In this document: positions 36,364-47,286 of the stretch, one piece after another
How positions within the stretch are numbered: position 1 is the stretch's first letter
How the letters are laid out: each line of letters opens with the position of its first letter
Origin: an uncultured Candidatus Saccharibacteria bacterium
Lineage (GTDB): Bacteria > Patescibacteriota > Doudnabacteria > UBA920
Assembly: GCA_964612745.1 (NCBI GenBank)
Contig: CAZTCH010000005.1
Span: 5,448 to 69,447 of the forward strand
Direction: 5' to 3'
DNA: 64,000 nt
Notes under the pieces: model-generated
Database searches by the model: none
Seen by the model: the letters and a program-made list of their open reading frames with translations, nothing else
What the model was told of the DNA's origin: nothing
Translations under genes and position numbers: made by a program

Positions 36364-37089
36364 ATGTCTTACTTTTTACACACAGCAGAACTCACCACAG
36401 GCGGGCACGACAGCCTGACCGGTGAAGAAGCACGCCATGCGCTACACGCACGCCGGAGCAAAGTGGGTGAGCACATAGAAGTACAGACACCCGCAGGACG
36501 CCGCTATGACTGCGTCATAACCGGTATACAGAAAACAACTTTAGAGTTTACGGTTGCACAAGAAATATCCACACCAGCAGAACCAGCCGTAGCCGTAACC
36601 ATTTGTCTTGCCTACATTAACGAACAAGCATTAGACATCTGCATTCAAAAAGCAACAGAGCTTGGAGCAGCAGCACTTACTATATTCCCTGCAGCCAACT
36701 CTCCCCACGCGCCCAAAGAAACAAAACTTGCACGTTGGCAAAAAATTAGCACCGAAGCAGCCAAACAATGTGGCCGTCGCTTCCCACTAGCAATATCCAC
36801 CAGTCAATCACTAGAAGAGACACTTACCACCACTTCTGGCATCCGTATGTACACAGCAGCAAACGCCCCTGAATCACTCAGACTCCCCACTCCTTCGCCC
36901 ACCACAGTGTGCATCTGGGTTGGTCCCGAAGGCGGGTTTAGCACCGAAGAGGCCCACATCTTCGAAACACATGGCGTACAAGCTGCGTCCCTCCCCGGCT
37001 ACACCTTACGCTCCGAAACAGCAGCGATTACCGCGATTGGCGTTACATTGAGCCAAGCCGCCCAAACCAGCACCACACCCCTGAGTTAA
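36364..37089 (+). CDS. rsmE: 16S rRNA m3U1498 methyltransferase
   Basis: QKATELG, EAAKQCGR, VGPEGGFS, LRSETA. Confidence 0.95.
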   Translation: MSYFLHTAELTTGGHDSLTGEEARHALHARRSKVGEHIEVQTPAGRRYDCVITGIQKTTLEFTVAQEISTPAEPAVAVTICLAYINEQALDICIQKATELGAAALTIFPAANSPHAPKETKLARWQKISTEAAKQCGRRFPLAISTSQSLEETLTTTSGIRMYTAANAPESLRLPTPSPTTVCIWVGPEGGFSTEEAHIFETHGVQAASLPGYTLRSETAAITAIGVTLSQAAQTSTTPLS

Positions 37090-37126
37090 CCATATATTTC
37101 CAATATTCTGGCTCATTTGTAACAAC

Positions 37127-37717
37127 ATGGACAGTCAAAACGTCTACAATATCAGGAAAGAAAACAAAGTGCCAGAACGTTCTTTAGAAACTGGAATTTT
37201 TGAACAAGCGCAAAAAGGGGATCTCGAAGCTCTGGGAGTAATTTACGATCAGTACTTTGAGCGAATCTTTAAGTTTGTGTACTTCAGAACCAGCCACAAA
37301 GAAACTGCGGAAGACATAACCGAGGCAGTGTTCAGCAAAGCATTCAAAGCACTCCCAACGCAAGATGGCGGTGCTGGAAAATTCTCTGCGTGGTTATTCC
37401 AGATTGCTCGAAATGCCGTTATTGACCACTACCGACAAAAGAAAGTAGTCATAGCGCTGGAAGATTTAGAGCACGAACCGAGTTACAACACCACCGTGGT
37501 AGATGAACTTGCCACACAGCACGAACACCACATGCTACTGAAAGGCTTAGACCAGCTCGACCCTCTCCAAGCGACTGTGGTAAAACTCCGCTTTCTGGAA
37601 GACTTGAGCATCAAAGAAATTGCAGCGCAACTTGGCAAGACCCAAGGTAACATACGCATTATGCAATTCCGCGCACTAGAACAACTCAGAAAACATATTA
37701 GTAAGCAACAATTGTGA
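37127..37717 (+). CDS. ECF sigma-70 factor
   Basis: AEDIT...F, FSAWLFQIARNAVIDHYR, region 4 HTH. Confidence 0.93.
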   Translation: MDSQNVYNIRKENKVPERSLETGIFEQAQKGDLEALGVIYDQYFERIFKFVYFRTSHKETAEDITEAVFSKAFKALPTQDGGAGKFSAWLFQIARNAVIDHYRQKKVVIALEDLEHEPSYNTTVVDELATQHEHHMLLKGLDQLDPLQATVVKLRFLEDLSIKEIAAQLGKTQGNIRIMQFRALEQLRKHISKQQL

Positions 37718-38799
37718 TATACGAACAGTTCCAAGCATATAGACTCGAAAAACGCCTACGCACACTAGGTGGTTTTGACGCTGGAACAAAAGACGAACTC
37801 ACTGCCCTTGCAGCAGCGATTTCACAAATCCCAAAAGCAAGCTACCCTACCCCACACAAACGCCGCGCCTATTTAACCACTGCAAGCCTCCCCCATGTCG
37901 CCCACGGACTCCGTATGGCAACACTCGCAGGCAGACTCGCTGGTGCTACTCTTGTGTTAGGAATACTCACTACAACCGTTTTTGCATGGGCAAGTAAACC
38001 TGGGAGCACTTTGTACGTATACAAAAACCGCACCCAAGACTTACGTCTAAAACTAGTCGCCAGCGAAACTGAAAAAGCAGACCTCAGACTGTCTTTTGCA
38101 GAGAGCAGACTAGCAGAAACGCAAACACTTTTGGAAAGCAACGCAGACAGCAGCACAAAGACTGCAGCTATTTCTGCACTCGCCAAACAAACCGAGCAAA
38201 CGGTAGCAATTGTAAAACAAGTTGCTTTAGACCAAAAAGATACTGGACTTCTGGACCGCTTGCAGACTATTACAGACAAGCAGACCGAAGTAATTTCTAG
38301 CACCTCTGACCCAGAAGTACAATCTGTTGCCCAAAGCGCTCTGAAAACTACCGCAGAAGGTACAAAGCAAATTGCCGAAACCAAACGCCTCGTTATAGCT
38401 GGTAGCGAAGCAGCGCTAGCAAAGCTAAACACCACAACTACCAGCACCGGCACAGTAACCAAAGTGACCTCCGACAAAGTATACATTGCAAAAGAAGTCT
38501 TTAGCATAAACGCCGAAACCAAAGTAGTGGTAGACACACAACTCGAAGCACTGAAACCAGTGGTACTCGCTGGACAACAAGTAAGTATTTCTGCAACACA
38601 AATAAGTACCGGAGAACTAGTCGCTACAGAAATTCGCATTACCGCAGTTGGAAAAGTAAGAGGCACCACGACTACCACCCCAGAGCCAACTCCAACCATA
38701 GAAGAAACAATCCCCGAAGACGCAAATCCAGAAAACGCTCCCCCAGCAGCACAAGCAGGATTCTTGGTAGAAGACCCTGCCCCACTCTACAACGAGTAA
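37714..38799 (+). CDS. Putative anti-sigma factor (DUF5667-like)
   Basis: Overlaps the sigma stop; single TM, then ASKPGSTLY...AESRLAE. Confidence 0.75.
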   Translation: MIYEQFQAYRLEKRLRTLGGFDAGTKDELTALAAAISQIPKASYPTPHKRRAYLTTASLPHVAHGLRMATLAGRLAGATLVLGILTTTVFAWASKPGSTLYVYKNRTQDLRLKLVASETEKADLRLSFAESRLAETQTLLESNADSSTKTAAISALAKQTEQTVAIVKQVALDQKDTGLLDRLQTITDKQTEVISSTSDPEVQSVAQSALKTTAEGTKQIAETKRLVIAGSEAALAKLNTTTTSTGTVTKVTSDKVYIAKEVFSINAETKVVVDTQLEALKPVVLAGQQVSISATQISTGELVATEIRITAVGKVRGTTTTTPEPTPTIEETIPEDANPENAPPAAQAGFLVEDPAPLYNE

Positions 38800-39075
38800 C
38801 TTCAGTTTTGGAACCGGCTCCAATCCCCGCATTGGAGCTCATTCCGGAACGGAAATCCATACCGGACAACAGCAGGCTCAATGCCCGCTGCGCAGAAACA
38901 AAGCAATTTTGTGCTCATAAACCGAGTGCAAAACAACACAAAAACAGCCTAATTCTAGAGATATGGCTGTTTTTGTTTTCTCTGGCATAACAAGACAAAA
39001 ATAGATATAATAAGCACAGGCAAATGGCGCTAAAGCAGTACGCAGCTGGTAGGGCTTCAGCGGCATATACATTGT

Positions 39076-39163
39076 GGAGAGGTCGCATAGTGGTCTAGTG
39101 CGGCGGTCTTGAAAACCGTTGTACCGAAAGGTACCGAGGGTTCGAATCCCTCTCTCTCCGCCA
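39076..39163 (+). tRNA. tRNA-Ser (TGA)
   Basis: Anticodon arm gcggt-ct-TGA-aa-accgt; long variable arm; CCA end. Confidence 0.96.
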
Positions 39164-39361
39164 CAGATAGGTTGGTCAAATATGGTCAATCTATCTGTGT
39201 TAAATATAAGTCTGGTAGTTAAACCAAAAATAGTAAAGTAGGGTTTATTTAAAAAGAAGACATAATCAAAAAATATTCTAGCTGTAAAGCAACTATCTTT
39301 TGGTCTGGAAATCAAAACTAAGTAATTTTTTGTGCTTCAAAAAGTGTAAAATTTGAAATAT

Positions 39362-40408
39362 ATGGCTAACAAAAGTAAAAAAATAGAAGTTATTGATCTT
39401 TTCAGTGGAGTGGGAGGTTTAACGTATGGATTAAGAAAATCAGGATTATCAGTTTTAGCTGGTGTTGATAATGATGATTCATGCGCATATGCGTATGAGA
39501 AGAATAATAAAGCTAAATTCATCTCCGCTGATATTTCTGATTTTGATTTTAAAAAATTGAATAAAATTTACTCTAAAGATAGTGTTCGAGTGCTCGTTGG
39601 GTGCGCCCCATGTCAACCGTTTTCTTCTCATGCTTTTAAACTACGTAAAGACGCAAGTGATGTACGGTGGAATTTGCTAGATCATTTTATTCGCGGAGTC
39701 AAAGTCGTAAAACCAGACATTGTTTCAATGGAGAATGTCCGAGGTGTGACAAAGACTGATGTTTTTAAAAATTTTGTCAGCGAACTTGAAAAGCTTGGTT
39801 ATAAAGTTGATTGGAAAGTTGTATACGCTCCCAACTATGGTGTCCCTCAAAATCGTAGCCGCCTTATCCTGCTTGCTTCAAGGCTTGGTGAGATTGCGAT
39901 ACCAAAGGAAACTCATACGAAAGAAAATTATGTCACGGTCGGAGACATAATTTGTGAACTACCGAGTATTGAAGCAGGAGAAGTATCAAAGCAGGATCAA
40001 TTACACCAAGCAAAGAAACTTGAACCTATTAATAAAAAGCGGATTTTACAATCAAAGCCTGGCGGTACTTGGCGAGATTGGGATAAGAGCCTTTTACCAA
40101 ATTGCTACAAAAAAGACAGCGGGCAAACGTACACGGCTGTGTATGGGCGGATGAGATGGGAGGATGTATCACCAACCATTACTACACAATTTACCAGTTA
40201 TGGATCTGGCAGGTTCGGGCATCCAACGCAGAATCGAGCACTTTCCATCCGCGAGGGTGCGTTATTACAGACATTTCCCATTGATTACGATTTTGGGAAC
40301 TTTCCTGCCGCAAAGCTGAGTAGACACATTGGAAATGCAGTACCACCGCAATTAGGAATGGTTATTGGTAGGCAGATAAAGAAGCATCTTGAAACATATG
40401 GAAAGTGA
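39362..40408 (+). CDS. DNA (cytosine-5)-methyltransferase
   Basis: DLFSGVGG, PCQPFS, ENV, PQNRSR, REGALLQTFP, GNAVPP. Confidence 0.96.
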   Translation: MANKSKKIEVIDLFSGVGGLTYGLRKSGLSVLAGVDNDDSCAYAYEKNNKAKFISADISDFDFKKLNKIYSKDSVRVLVGCAPCQPFSSHAFKLRKDASDVRWNLLDHFIRGVKVVKPDIVSMENVRGVTKTDVFKNFVSELEKLGYKVDWKVVYAPNYGVPQNRSRLILLASRLGEIAIPKETHTKENYVTVGDIICELPSIEAGEVSKQDQLHQAKKLEPINKKRILQSKPGGTWRDWDKSLLPNCYKKDSGQTYTAVYGRMRWEDVSPTITTQFTSYGSGRFGHPTQNRALSIREGALLQTFPIDYDFGNFPAAKLSRHIGNAVPPQLGMVIGRQIKKHLETYGK

Positions 40409-42101
40409 AAAGTATACATTCAATATCTCACTGAGTGTTTTAAATCATCTTGGAAGGAACTTATATCGCAGTTTTCCCACTGTCTTAGGCGAAGCAATTT
40501 CTAACGCATGGGATGCAAATGCTAAAAATGTCTGGATTGAAATAGACAGAGACAATAACAGGTTCTGGATCAAAGATGATGGTGTTGGTATGGACTCCAA
40601 AGATTTTAAAGAAAAATTTTTAAAAGTTGGATATTCGAAACGAACAAGAGGAGGCATGACTTCACCAGAGCCATTTTCTCGTCCTTACATAGGAAATAAA
40701 GGCATTGGAAAGTTAGCTCTCTTATCATGCGCTGACAAAATAACAGTCATTTCAAGAAAAACAAAAGAAGACGACTACGTAGGAGGAGCAATTGACAACT
40801 CGGGACTAGATAAAGCAATACTGGATGATACATCTTCACATGACTACCCTCTTGAGCCCGCAGACGAATCGCTATTCACATCTATAAAAACCAGTCACGA
40901 CAACGGGACAATTATTTGTTTTGAAAATATCAAAGAAGGAATTCACAATACTGATGATTTTTTGAAAAAAATAATAGCACTTCATTTTCGGTTTTCTCTC
41001 GTTGATCCGAATTTCAATATTTATCTAGATGGCGAACTAGTAACACTTGAGTCGCTGAAAAGCATCGCGGAGAAAACCGAATTTGTTTGGAATATAAATG
41101 ATTGGACTGGCGATGATTATCTCGAAAAATATTGCGCTAATGTTCACAAAACTATACCTACTAAAATGTCCGACAATGTCACGGGCTTTATCGCGTCTGT
41201 TGAATTTCCAAAGGATAGAAACATACATTCGACAGGTGAAAAAGTTGGTGTGGACTTGTTTGTAAATGGGCGCGTAAGAGAAACTGACACCTTAAAACAC
41301 ATTCCTTCCGCCCAGCTCCCTGAGAACTATCTGTATGGACAGATCCACTTTAATGCACTGGATGAAGACGGGAAAGATCGGTTTATTAGTAGCCGAGAGG
41401 GCGTGCTCGCCGACGACCCCCTTTACAAAGGGTTTTTAGACGAGCTAAAAAAGACCATTCTTTCAATAATGGATCAATGGGATGATCTTCGTGATAAACG
41501 TGGCAAGGACGGAGATCTTGAAAAAGCATCCAAAATAAAAAAAGCAAAATCCTTGGTTCGGGAAGTTGCGAAAGAATACACAACTGGATCTAAAGATAAC
41601 GATGACTTTATTAGGAATCTTATCGACGACGCTGCTTATAATAGCAGTAGTTACGCCCAATGCTTTATCTCTGAAAATCTGTTACGTAGACATATTGACG
41701 GTGATGGAATGACGCCCTCTGTTTGTCTAAATAAAGAACCGAGTGGTAATACCTGCTCTGATAGGAACAAGTTAGATCAAAAAAACACCAGCTTCTGTGC
41801 ATATTGCAAAGGCGAGCGTCGCAAAAATTTATTGCAGGATGAAAAAAAGAATGCAGGAACTTCAATACAGATTAGAAGCGCCGAAGATAACCTCCTAATG
41901 TATTTGGACTATGTTGATCTCGCAAAAATTATTGATGACCGCATCCTCAAGGATGAGGACAAGCCTTATAAACCACTCAGAAATTCTGTCATGCACACTG
42001 CTAGACTAACAGAAGAAGCAAAAACAAAGCTGACATCCGTTTTTGATAATGTTGTAGCAACAGTTAAAAAACTGGTTAGCGATACCGAAGAAAAAGAATA
42101 A
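40398..42101 (+). CDS. GHKL (MORC-like) ATPase fused to a C-terminal Swt1-like HEPN domain
   Basis: EAISNAWDA, DDGVGM, GNKGIGKL; C-terminal ENLLRRHI...YVDLAKII...RNSVMH. Confidence 0.85.
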   Translation: MESEKYTFNISLSVLNHLGRNLYRSFPTVLGEAISNAWDANAKNVWIEIDRDNNRFWIKDDGVGMDSKDFKEKFLKVGYSKRTRGGMTSPEPFSRPYIGNKGIGKLALLSCADKITVISRKTKEDDYVGGAIDNSGLDKAILDDTSSHDYPLEPADESLFTSIKTSHDNGTIICFENIKEGIHNTDDFLKKIIALHFRFSLVDPNFNIYLDGELVTLESLKSIAEKTEFVWNINDWTGDDYLEKYCANVHKTIPTKMSDNVTGFIASVEFPKDRNIHSTGEKVGVDLFVNGRVRETDTLKHIPSAQLPENYLYGQIHFNALDEDGKDRFISSREGVLADDPLYKGFLDELKKTILSIMDQWDDLRDKRGKDGDLEKASKIKKAKSLVREVAKEYTTGSKDNDDFIRNLIDDAAYNSSSYAQCFISENLLRRHIDGDGMTPSVCLNKEPSGNTCSDRNKLDQKNTSFCAYCKGERRKNLLQDEKKNAGTSIQIRSAEDNLLMYLDYVDLAKIIDDRILKDEDKPYKPLRNSVMHTARLTEEAKTKLTSVFDNVVATVKKLVSDTEEKE

Positions 42102-42451
42102 GGAGTAACCTACATGAGTAACGGGCTTGCGTCAGGAGAGAATAAACAGGCAAACGTATACAGGTTTGTTTGCACCCTCTAACAACCAGCAGCTTTTTTC
42201 CTTGCTACAAGTCACATCACGAATACCTTGAACACCGAAACAGTCGGCTCAAACTAATACCATCGGACCATGTTCAGGTAGTACGTATGATTTATATAGA
42301 CTAGAGCACAAAACGCAGATAGGTATACCTCAGAATTCCTGACAGGAAACAATCACACAATGTCCAAATAATTTAGCCAGTGACAATAACCCAGTTAAAA
42401 TCAGACTGCGCGAAAATCTGCTATACTACTAGTAGAAGTTAGATTTGTTCT

Positions 42452-42925
42452 ATGTCCGAAACAAACACAGTACATTTTGAATGGCAGGCGCACGAGTTTA
42501 AGCCGTACGAAAAGTCTATCGTATGGTACATTGGACTGTGTGTTATTGTAACACTCTTGGCGCTGTACCAGTTTTTTGTTGCAGACTACTTTGGTGCTAT
42601 TACCATGGTTATTTTGGGAGCGCTTATTATTTTCTTTGCCAAACGCAAACCAGAAATAGTACAACTCTCTCTCGACGACGAAGGAGTAGGCATTGGCGAA
42701 CTACGTTTCCCCTACCGCCACTTTAAACACTTTTGGATTGTAACCACCAAAGACCACAGAACACTAAACCTAGAAGCAAGCACTTATCTTTCGCAAACAG
42801 TTATACTAGAGCTCGAAGACCAAGACCCAGAAAAGATTCGCAAGTTTTTAGTAAAACATGTGCCAGAGTCGGAGCGAGTCATCCCTTCGTTCTCCCAGCG
42901 CATTGCTCACCGCCTGAAATTCTAA
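42452..42925 (+). CDS. Conserved-looking two-TM hypothetical protein
   Basis: FEWQAHEF...WY, two TMs, beta-rich domain; TGCTATACT upstream. Confidence 0.8.
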   Translation: MSETNTVHFEWQAHEFKPYEKSIVWYIGLCVIVTLLALYQFFVADYFGAITMVILGALIIFFAKRKPEIVQLSLDDEGVGIGELRFPYRHFKHFWIVTTKDHRTLNLEASTYLSQTVILELEDQDPEKIRKFLVKHVPESERVIPSFSQRIAHRLKF

Positions 42926-43097
42926 ACATGCTCACCCGAGCATGTTTTCATTTCCCTGTTTGCTCACACGTTACTTATTTTCCTGTTTAGATGTTTCTAT
43001 GTTTACATGTTTGCATGTTTAAATGTTTCCACGCCCCACCCCTTGTCCCCCACCCGTATATTGCGTACAATAACCCTCGGGTGTACATACTTGTGTT

Positions 43098-43174
43098 GTT
43101 TTCGTAGCTCAACTGGATAGAGCGCAGCCCTCCGAAGGCTGAGGTTGTGGGTTCAAATCCCGCCGAGAACACCA
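43098..43174 (+). tRNA. tRNA-Arg (CCG)
   Basis: Anticodon arm cagcc-ct-CCG-aa-ggctg; GTTCAAATC; CCA end. Confidence 0.96.
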
Positions 43175-43253
43175 GAAGCTTGCACGCCACATACCCCACA
43201 GCTGCTCGTATACGCAGCTTTTTTATTTAGTTTCTGCGTGATACCATACATGC

Positions 43254-45347
43254 ATGCACTTACACACCCCCCTTGTACAACTGACTGGCGTTGGAGAAAA
43301 ACAAGCCAAAACCCTTCAGAGCATGGGTGTGTCTACCGTGGCAGATTTACTCCAGTATTTCCCCACACGGTATTTGGACTTTAGCAAGTTTGTACCAATT
43401 GCATCTGCTGTTGCGGGCGAAGTAGTCACTATTTCCGGGACTATTAGCAGTATTTCTTCTCGGTTTAGCTTTAAAACCAGAAAAACAGTCGCAGAAGCAA
43501 CTGTTACAGACGCCACCGGAAAAATACATGCCACATGGTTTAACCAAGGCTACATAGCCACTGCACTGCAAAAAGGTGACGCTGTGCTTCTTTCGGGCAA
43601 AGTAAATATATTTAAAGATAAACTGCAACTTGTAAACCCCATATACGAAAAAGCAACTACAGAGAGCATCCACACGGGCAGATTAGTACCCATATACAAA
43701 CTCCCGGAAGGCATGTTTCCTAAAACATTCCGCAAGCTGGTGCATGCAGCGTTACCTGTGGCAAAAGAACTGGAAGATGCGATACCGAAGACTACCAGAG
43801 ACGAATACAGCCTGCCCACACTTTCGGAAAGCATACAAGAGTTACATTTCCCCAAGTCCGAAGAATCGGTACAAGCTGCTCGCCACCGCATGGCTTTTTT
43901 TGAGCTGCTCGTCCAGCAAATGGCAGTCCTCGAACACAAAAAAATCCTGCGCGCACAAGCAGCACCGAGCATAGATCTTCCCAAAAAAGTACAAACCCAA
44001 CTTACCAAAAAACTCCCCTTTCGCTTAACCGAAGGGCAGCAAAATGCTCTGACAGAGATAGTGTCCGACCTTGCACACAAGCACCCCATGAACCGATTAT
44101 TGCAAGGAGATGTCGGCAGTGGTAAAACAATCGTCGCCCTCCTTGCTGCGGTTGCCTGCATTATGCACGGCTACCAAGCACTCTTTGTTGCCCCAACCGA
44201 AGTCCTCGCGCGCCAACACTTTTTATCCCTTGCCAAGCTACTGGAGACCATGGGTATTCCTGCGTCTGCGCTTCTCTATAGCAGAAGCTTTAAAGAAAGC
44301 TCTACTACGGGCACTCTTACAAAAAAAGCTGCACAAGCAGCTATTGCCAGTGGCGAAGCACGACTCATAGTTGCCACGCACGCCATTCTCCAAGAAGATG
44401 TGCAATTTGCACACGTTGCACTCGTCGTCATAGACGAACAACACCGGTTTGGGGTTGGGCAACGAGCAGAAGTCATACGGGCAGACAAAAACTGTAACGT
44501 ACCCGTAGCGGGAAGCAGCAACCAAAGCTGGACCCCACACCTTTTGTCCATGAGCGCTACCCCTATCCCAAGAACAGCAGCGTTAGCCTTGTGTGAAGAC
44601 TTAGACATTAGCACCATTCCCGAGCCACCCAAGCACAAACTCCCGATTAAAACATGGGTTGTACCAGAAGCTAAGCGCGCTGGCTCTTACGATTTTATAA
44701 CAAAAGAAATAGACGCAGGGCACCAAGCATTTATAGTGACCCCACTGGTAGAAGAATCCGAAAAGCTTGCAGCAAAGGCAGCAAAAGCAGAATTTGAGCG
44801 ACTCGCAAAAGAAGTCTTCACCACACAAAGACTCGGTTTGTTGTATGGCACCATGAAAGGGGTAGAAAAAGAACAAGTCATGGCGCAATTCGCTGCACGT
44901 GAGTTAGATATTCTCGTGTGTACCTCTGTAATCGAAGTCGGCATAGATATACCGAATGCCACAGTCATAGTAATAGAAAATGCAGATAGATTTGGCCTCG
45001 CCCAACTGCACCAACTCCGCGGTCGGGTTGGACGTGGAAGCGCACAATCGTATTGCTTTCTGTTTTCCGAAACAACTAGTGCAAATAGTCGGCTGAACTT
45101 CTTTAGCAAAGAAGCAGATGGCTTTGCCCTTGCGAAATACGACATGGAACAACGCGGCTTTGGGACGCTGTTTAGCAGCGCACAAACAGGATTCGCACTC
45201 ACATTCGGCGAATTTGTGACCATGCCGCTCTTGGCACAAGCCAAAGCAGCAGCGCATACAATAGACGCGAAAAGTAAGACTTTACCAGAACACAGCAGAC
45301 TACTCTCACTTGCAAATAAGTACTTGCAGGGAATGCATATGGAATAG
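43254..45347 (+). CDS. recG: ATP-dependent DNA helicase RecG
   Basis: QGDVGSGKT, DEQHRFG, SATPIPR, LHQLRGRVGRG. Confidence 0.97.
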   Translation: MHLHTPLVQLTGVGEKQAKTLQSMGVSTVADLLQYFPTRYLDFSKFVPIASAVAGEVVTISGTISSISSRFSFKTRKTVAEATVTDATGKIHATWFNQGYIATALQKGDAVLLSGKVNIFKDKLQLVNPIYEKATTESIHTGRLVPIYKLPEGMFPKTFRKLVHAALPVAKELEDAIPKTTRDEYSLPTLSESIQELHFPKSEESVQAARHRMAFFELLVQQMAVLEHKKILRAQAAPSIDLPKKVQTQLTKKLPFRLTEGQQNALTEIVSDLAHKHPMNRLLQGDVGSGKTIVALLAAVACIMHGYQALFVAPTEVLARQHFLSLAKLLETMGIPASALLYSRSFKESSTTGTLTKKAAQAAIASGEARLIVATHAILQEDVQFAHVALVVIDEQHRFGVGQRAEVIRADKNCNVPVAGSSNQSWTPHLLSMSATPIPRTAALALCEDLDISTIPEPPKHKLPIKTWVVPEAKRAGSYDFITKEIDAGHQAFIVTPLVEESEKLAAKAAKAEFERLAKEVFTTQRLGLLYGTMKGVEKEQVMAQFAARELDILVCTSVIEVGIDIPNATVIVIENADRFGLAQLHQLRGRVGRGSAQSYCFLFSETTSANSRLNFFSKEADGFALAKYDMEQRGFGTLFSSAQTGFALTFGEFVTMPLLAQAKAAAHTIDAKSKTLPEHSRLLSLANKYLQGMHME

Positions 45348-45785
45348 GAGCTAGTTGCGAGTAACTAGTTACGAGTTGCGAGAAAGACAAAGAAGTCGTC
45401 ACGTCTTAAAGTCGAACGGAGAAGGAAAAAGAGAATAGAGAGTAGAGAATAGAGGGTAGTAAGACAGGAATTAGGAGTTAGGCTTTAGTCAGCACCAAAT
45501 CTCAAGCACGAAATAACAAACAAATTCCAATCCGCCAGCTGGCGGACAAAATCCCAAACAAATACACCAACAACTAAAAAATCAAAACTCAAAAGTCGAA
45601 ACTTCAAATCAAAACTGTAAACTGCAATGCAATGCAGTTTTGACTTTATAGCTCTTTTTTATTTCGTTCTTGTAATGTGGGGTTTCCCAATAAATACAGT
45701 AGGAGTTGGAAAAATTAAAAATTGAAAATTGAAAATTGAAAATTTATCCTTCCTATTCTCTATTCTCTACTCTCTACCCTCTACT
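45348..45785. repeat. Composite nested repeat cluster between recG and radA
   Basis: GAGAATAG arms (about 45430-45459 and 45753-45784) enclose CAAAT, CCGCCAGCTGGCGG, CAAAACT and GAAAATT modules. Confidence 0.85.
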
Positions 45786-47130
45786 TCCCCTTTTCAAAAA
45801 ACTGTGCGAGTTCGGAAATAAATTTAACACCAATGAGTCCAGCAATCTTCTTTTCTTTGGCAGGCGCAGAGACAATCTTCTCAAAGCCCAACTTGGTCGC
45901 CTCTTTTACTCTTTTTTCGGGCATCTGCACACCACGCACTTCTCCTGCCAATCCAATTTCGCCAAATGCAAGCAAGTGTGCAGGCAACGGCACATTGTAG
46001 AAACTAGATAATATCGCCAGTACTACAGGCAAATCTGCTGCCCGCTCGGTCAAGTTAAACCCGCCAGCCACGTTTACATACACATCTTGTGCGCTTAGTT
46101 TTACTCCGAGTCGTTTTTCCACAATAGCGAGTAATAACTGCAATCGGTTAGAATCAAACCCCGAAGCTGCACGTTTCGGGTAGCCAAACGCAGTCGGGTT
46201 TGTGAGCGCCTGCACTTCCAGCAGTAACACTTTTTGTCCTTCTAAGATTGCAGTTACACACGCCCCTGGAACATGCTCAGTTTTGTGTTCCAGAAACAGC
46301 GCAGCCGGATTCTTTACTTCGGCAAGGCCAGATTCGGACATGTCGAACACCCCCACTTCACCAGTGCTCCCAAAACGGTTTTTAATACAGCGCAAGAGCC
46401 GAAGCGCGGTAAACCGCTCTCCTTCCAAATACAACACGGTGTCTACCATATGCTCCAACGTCTTTGGTCCTGCCAGCATCCCTTCTTTGGTCACATGGCC
46501 AATCAGTATAAGCGTAATATGGAGCGACTTTGCCAAACGCATAAACGCATTAGTCGCATATGCTACCTGACTCACTCCACCCACAACACCATTTACTTCG
46601 GCGCTTACAATGGTCTGGATAGAGTCAATAACCGCGACTACGGGGCGCATATGTTCTAGTGTCGCCAAGATAACCTCAAGACTTGTTTCTGCTAACACAC
46701 CTAAGTCGCCGGAAGAATGCATCCGTCTACTGCGCAGCTGAATCTGTTGCGCAGACTCTTCTCCAGAAACATAAAGTACCTGTTTGCCCGCTTCTTGCAG
46801 CGTGAGCGCTGTTTGCAGGGCCAATGTAGACTTACCCACCCCAGGGTCTCCCCCAACCAACACAAGCGCCCCAGGGACCAGTCCACCGCCAAGCACTGCA
46901 TCGAACTCCCCCATGCCAGTAGAAAGCCTCTGCGCGGACACCGTTGTCACTGCCGCCAAATATTCCACCTTCCCACTGGGAAGAGCCCCACCCGCACCTT
47001 TACGAGCAGTGACTGTCCGTTGCTCTGCAAACGTATTCCACTCATTGCACTCTGGACACTTCCCCTGCCACCGAGAGGTAGTAAAACTACAGTTACCACA
47101 AACATACTGTGTGTTAGATTTTAAAGCCAT
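45781..47130 (-). CDS. radA: DNA repair protein RadA/Sms
   Basis: Zinc finger CxxC...CPEC, GGDPGVGKST, KNRFG. Confidence 0.97.
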   Translation of the reverse strand: MALKSNTQYVCGNCSFTTSRWQGKCPECNEWNTFAEQRTVTARKGAGGALPSGKVEYLAAVTTVSAQRLSTGMGEFDAVLGGGLVPGALVLVGGDPGVGKSTLALQTALTLQEAGKQVLYVSGEESAQQIQLRSRRMHSSGDLGVLAETSLEVILATLEHMRPVVAVIDSIQTIVSAEVNGVVGGVSQVAYATNAFMRLAKSLHITLILIGHVTKEGMLAGPKTLEHMVDTVLYLEGERFTALRLLRCIKNRFGSTGEVGVFDMSESGLAEVKNPAALFLEHKTEHVPGACVTAILEGQKVLLLEVQALTNPTAFGYPKRAASGFDSNRLQLLLAIVEKRLGVKLSAQDVYVNVAGGFNLTERAADLPVVLAILSSFYNVPLPAHLLAFGEIGLAGEVRGVQMPEKRVKEATKLGFEKIVSAPAKEKKIAGLIGVKFISELAQFFEKGK

Positions 47131-47286
47131 ACAAGTAAAATCAAAATTAAAAATCCAAAAACCAGAAAAACAAAACTCAAGAACACCAACACCTGTTTGA
47201 AATTTTGTATTCGTTTTTGGATTTTATGTGTCGCCTGAGCAGTCCGTGACGACTCCTACCTTTCACTCACACTGCTCAAAAGTCGG

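Noticed and set aside
42102-42400. attR or integrase for the methyltransferase islet
   Set aside because: I found no copy of the tRNA-Ser(TGA) 3' end and no recombinase ORF; the right boundary is undefined.
44480-44530. Short extra segment in recG (DKNCNVPVAGSSNQSW) as a repeat insertion
   Set aside because: No match to any repeat family in this window; it could be ordinary loop variation.
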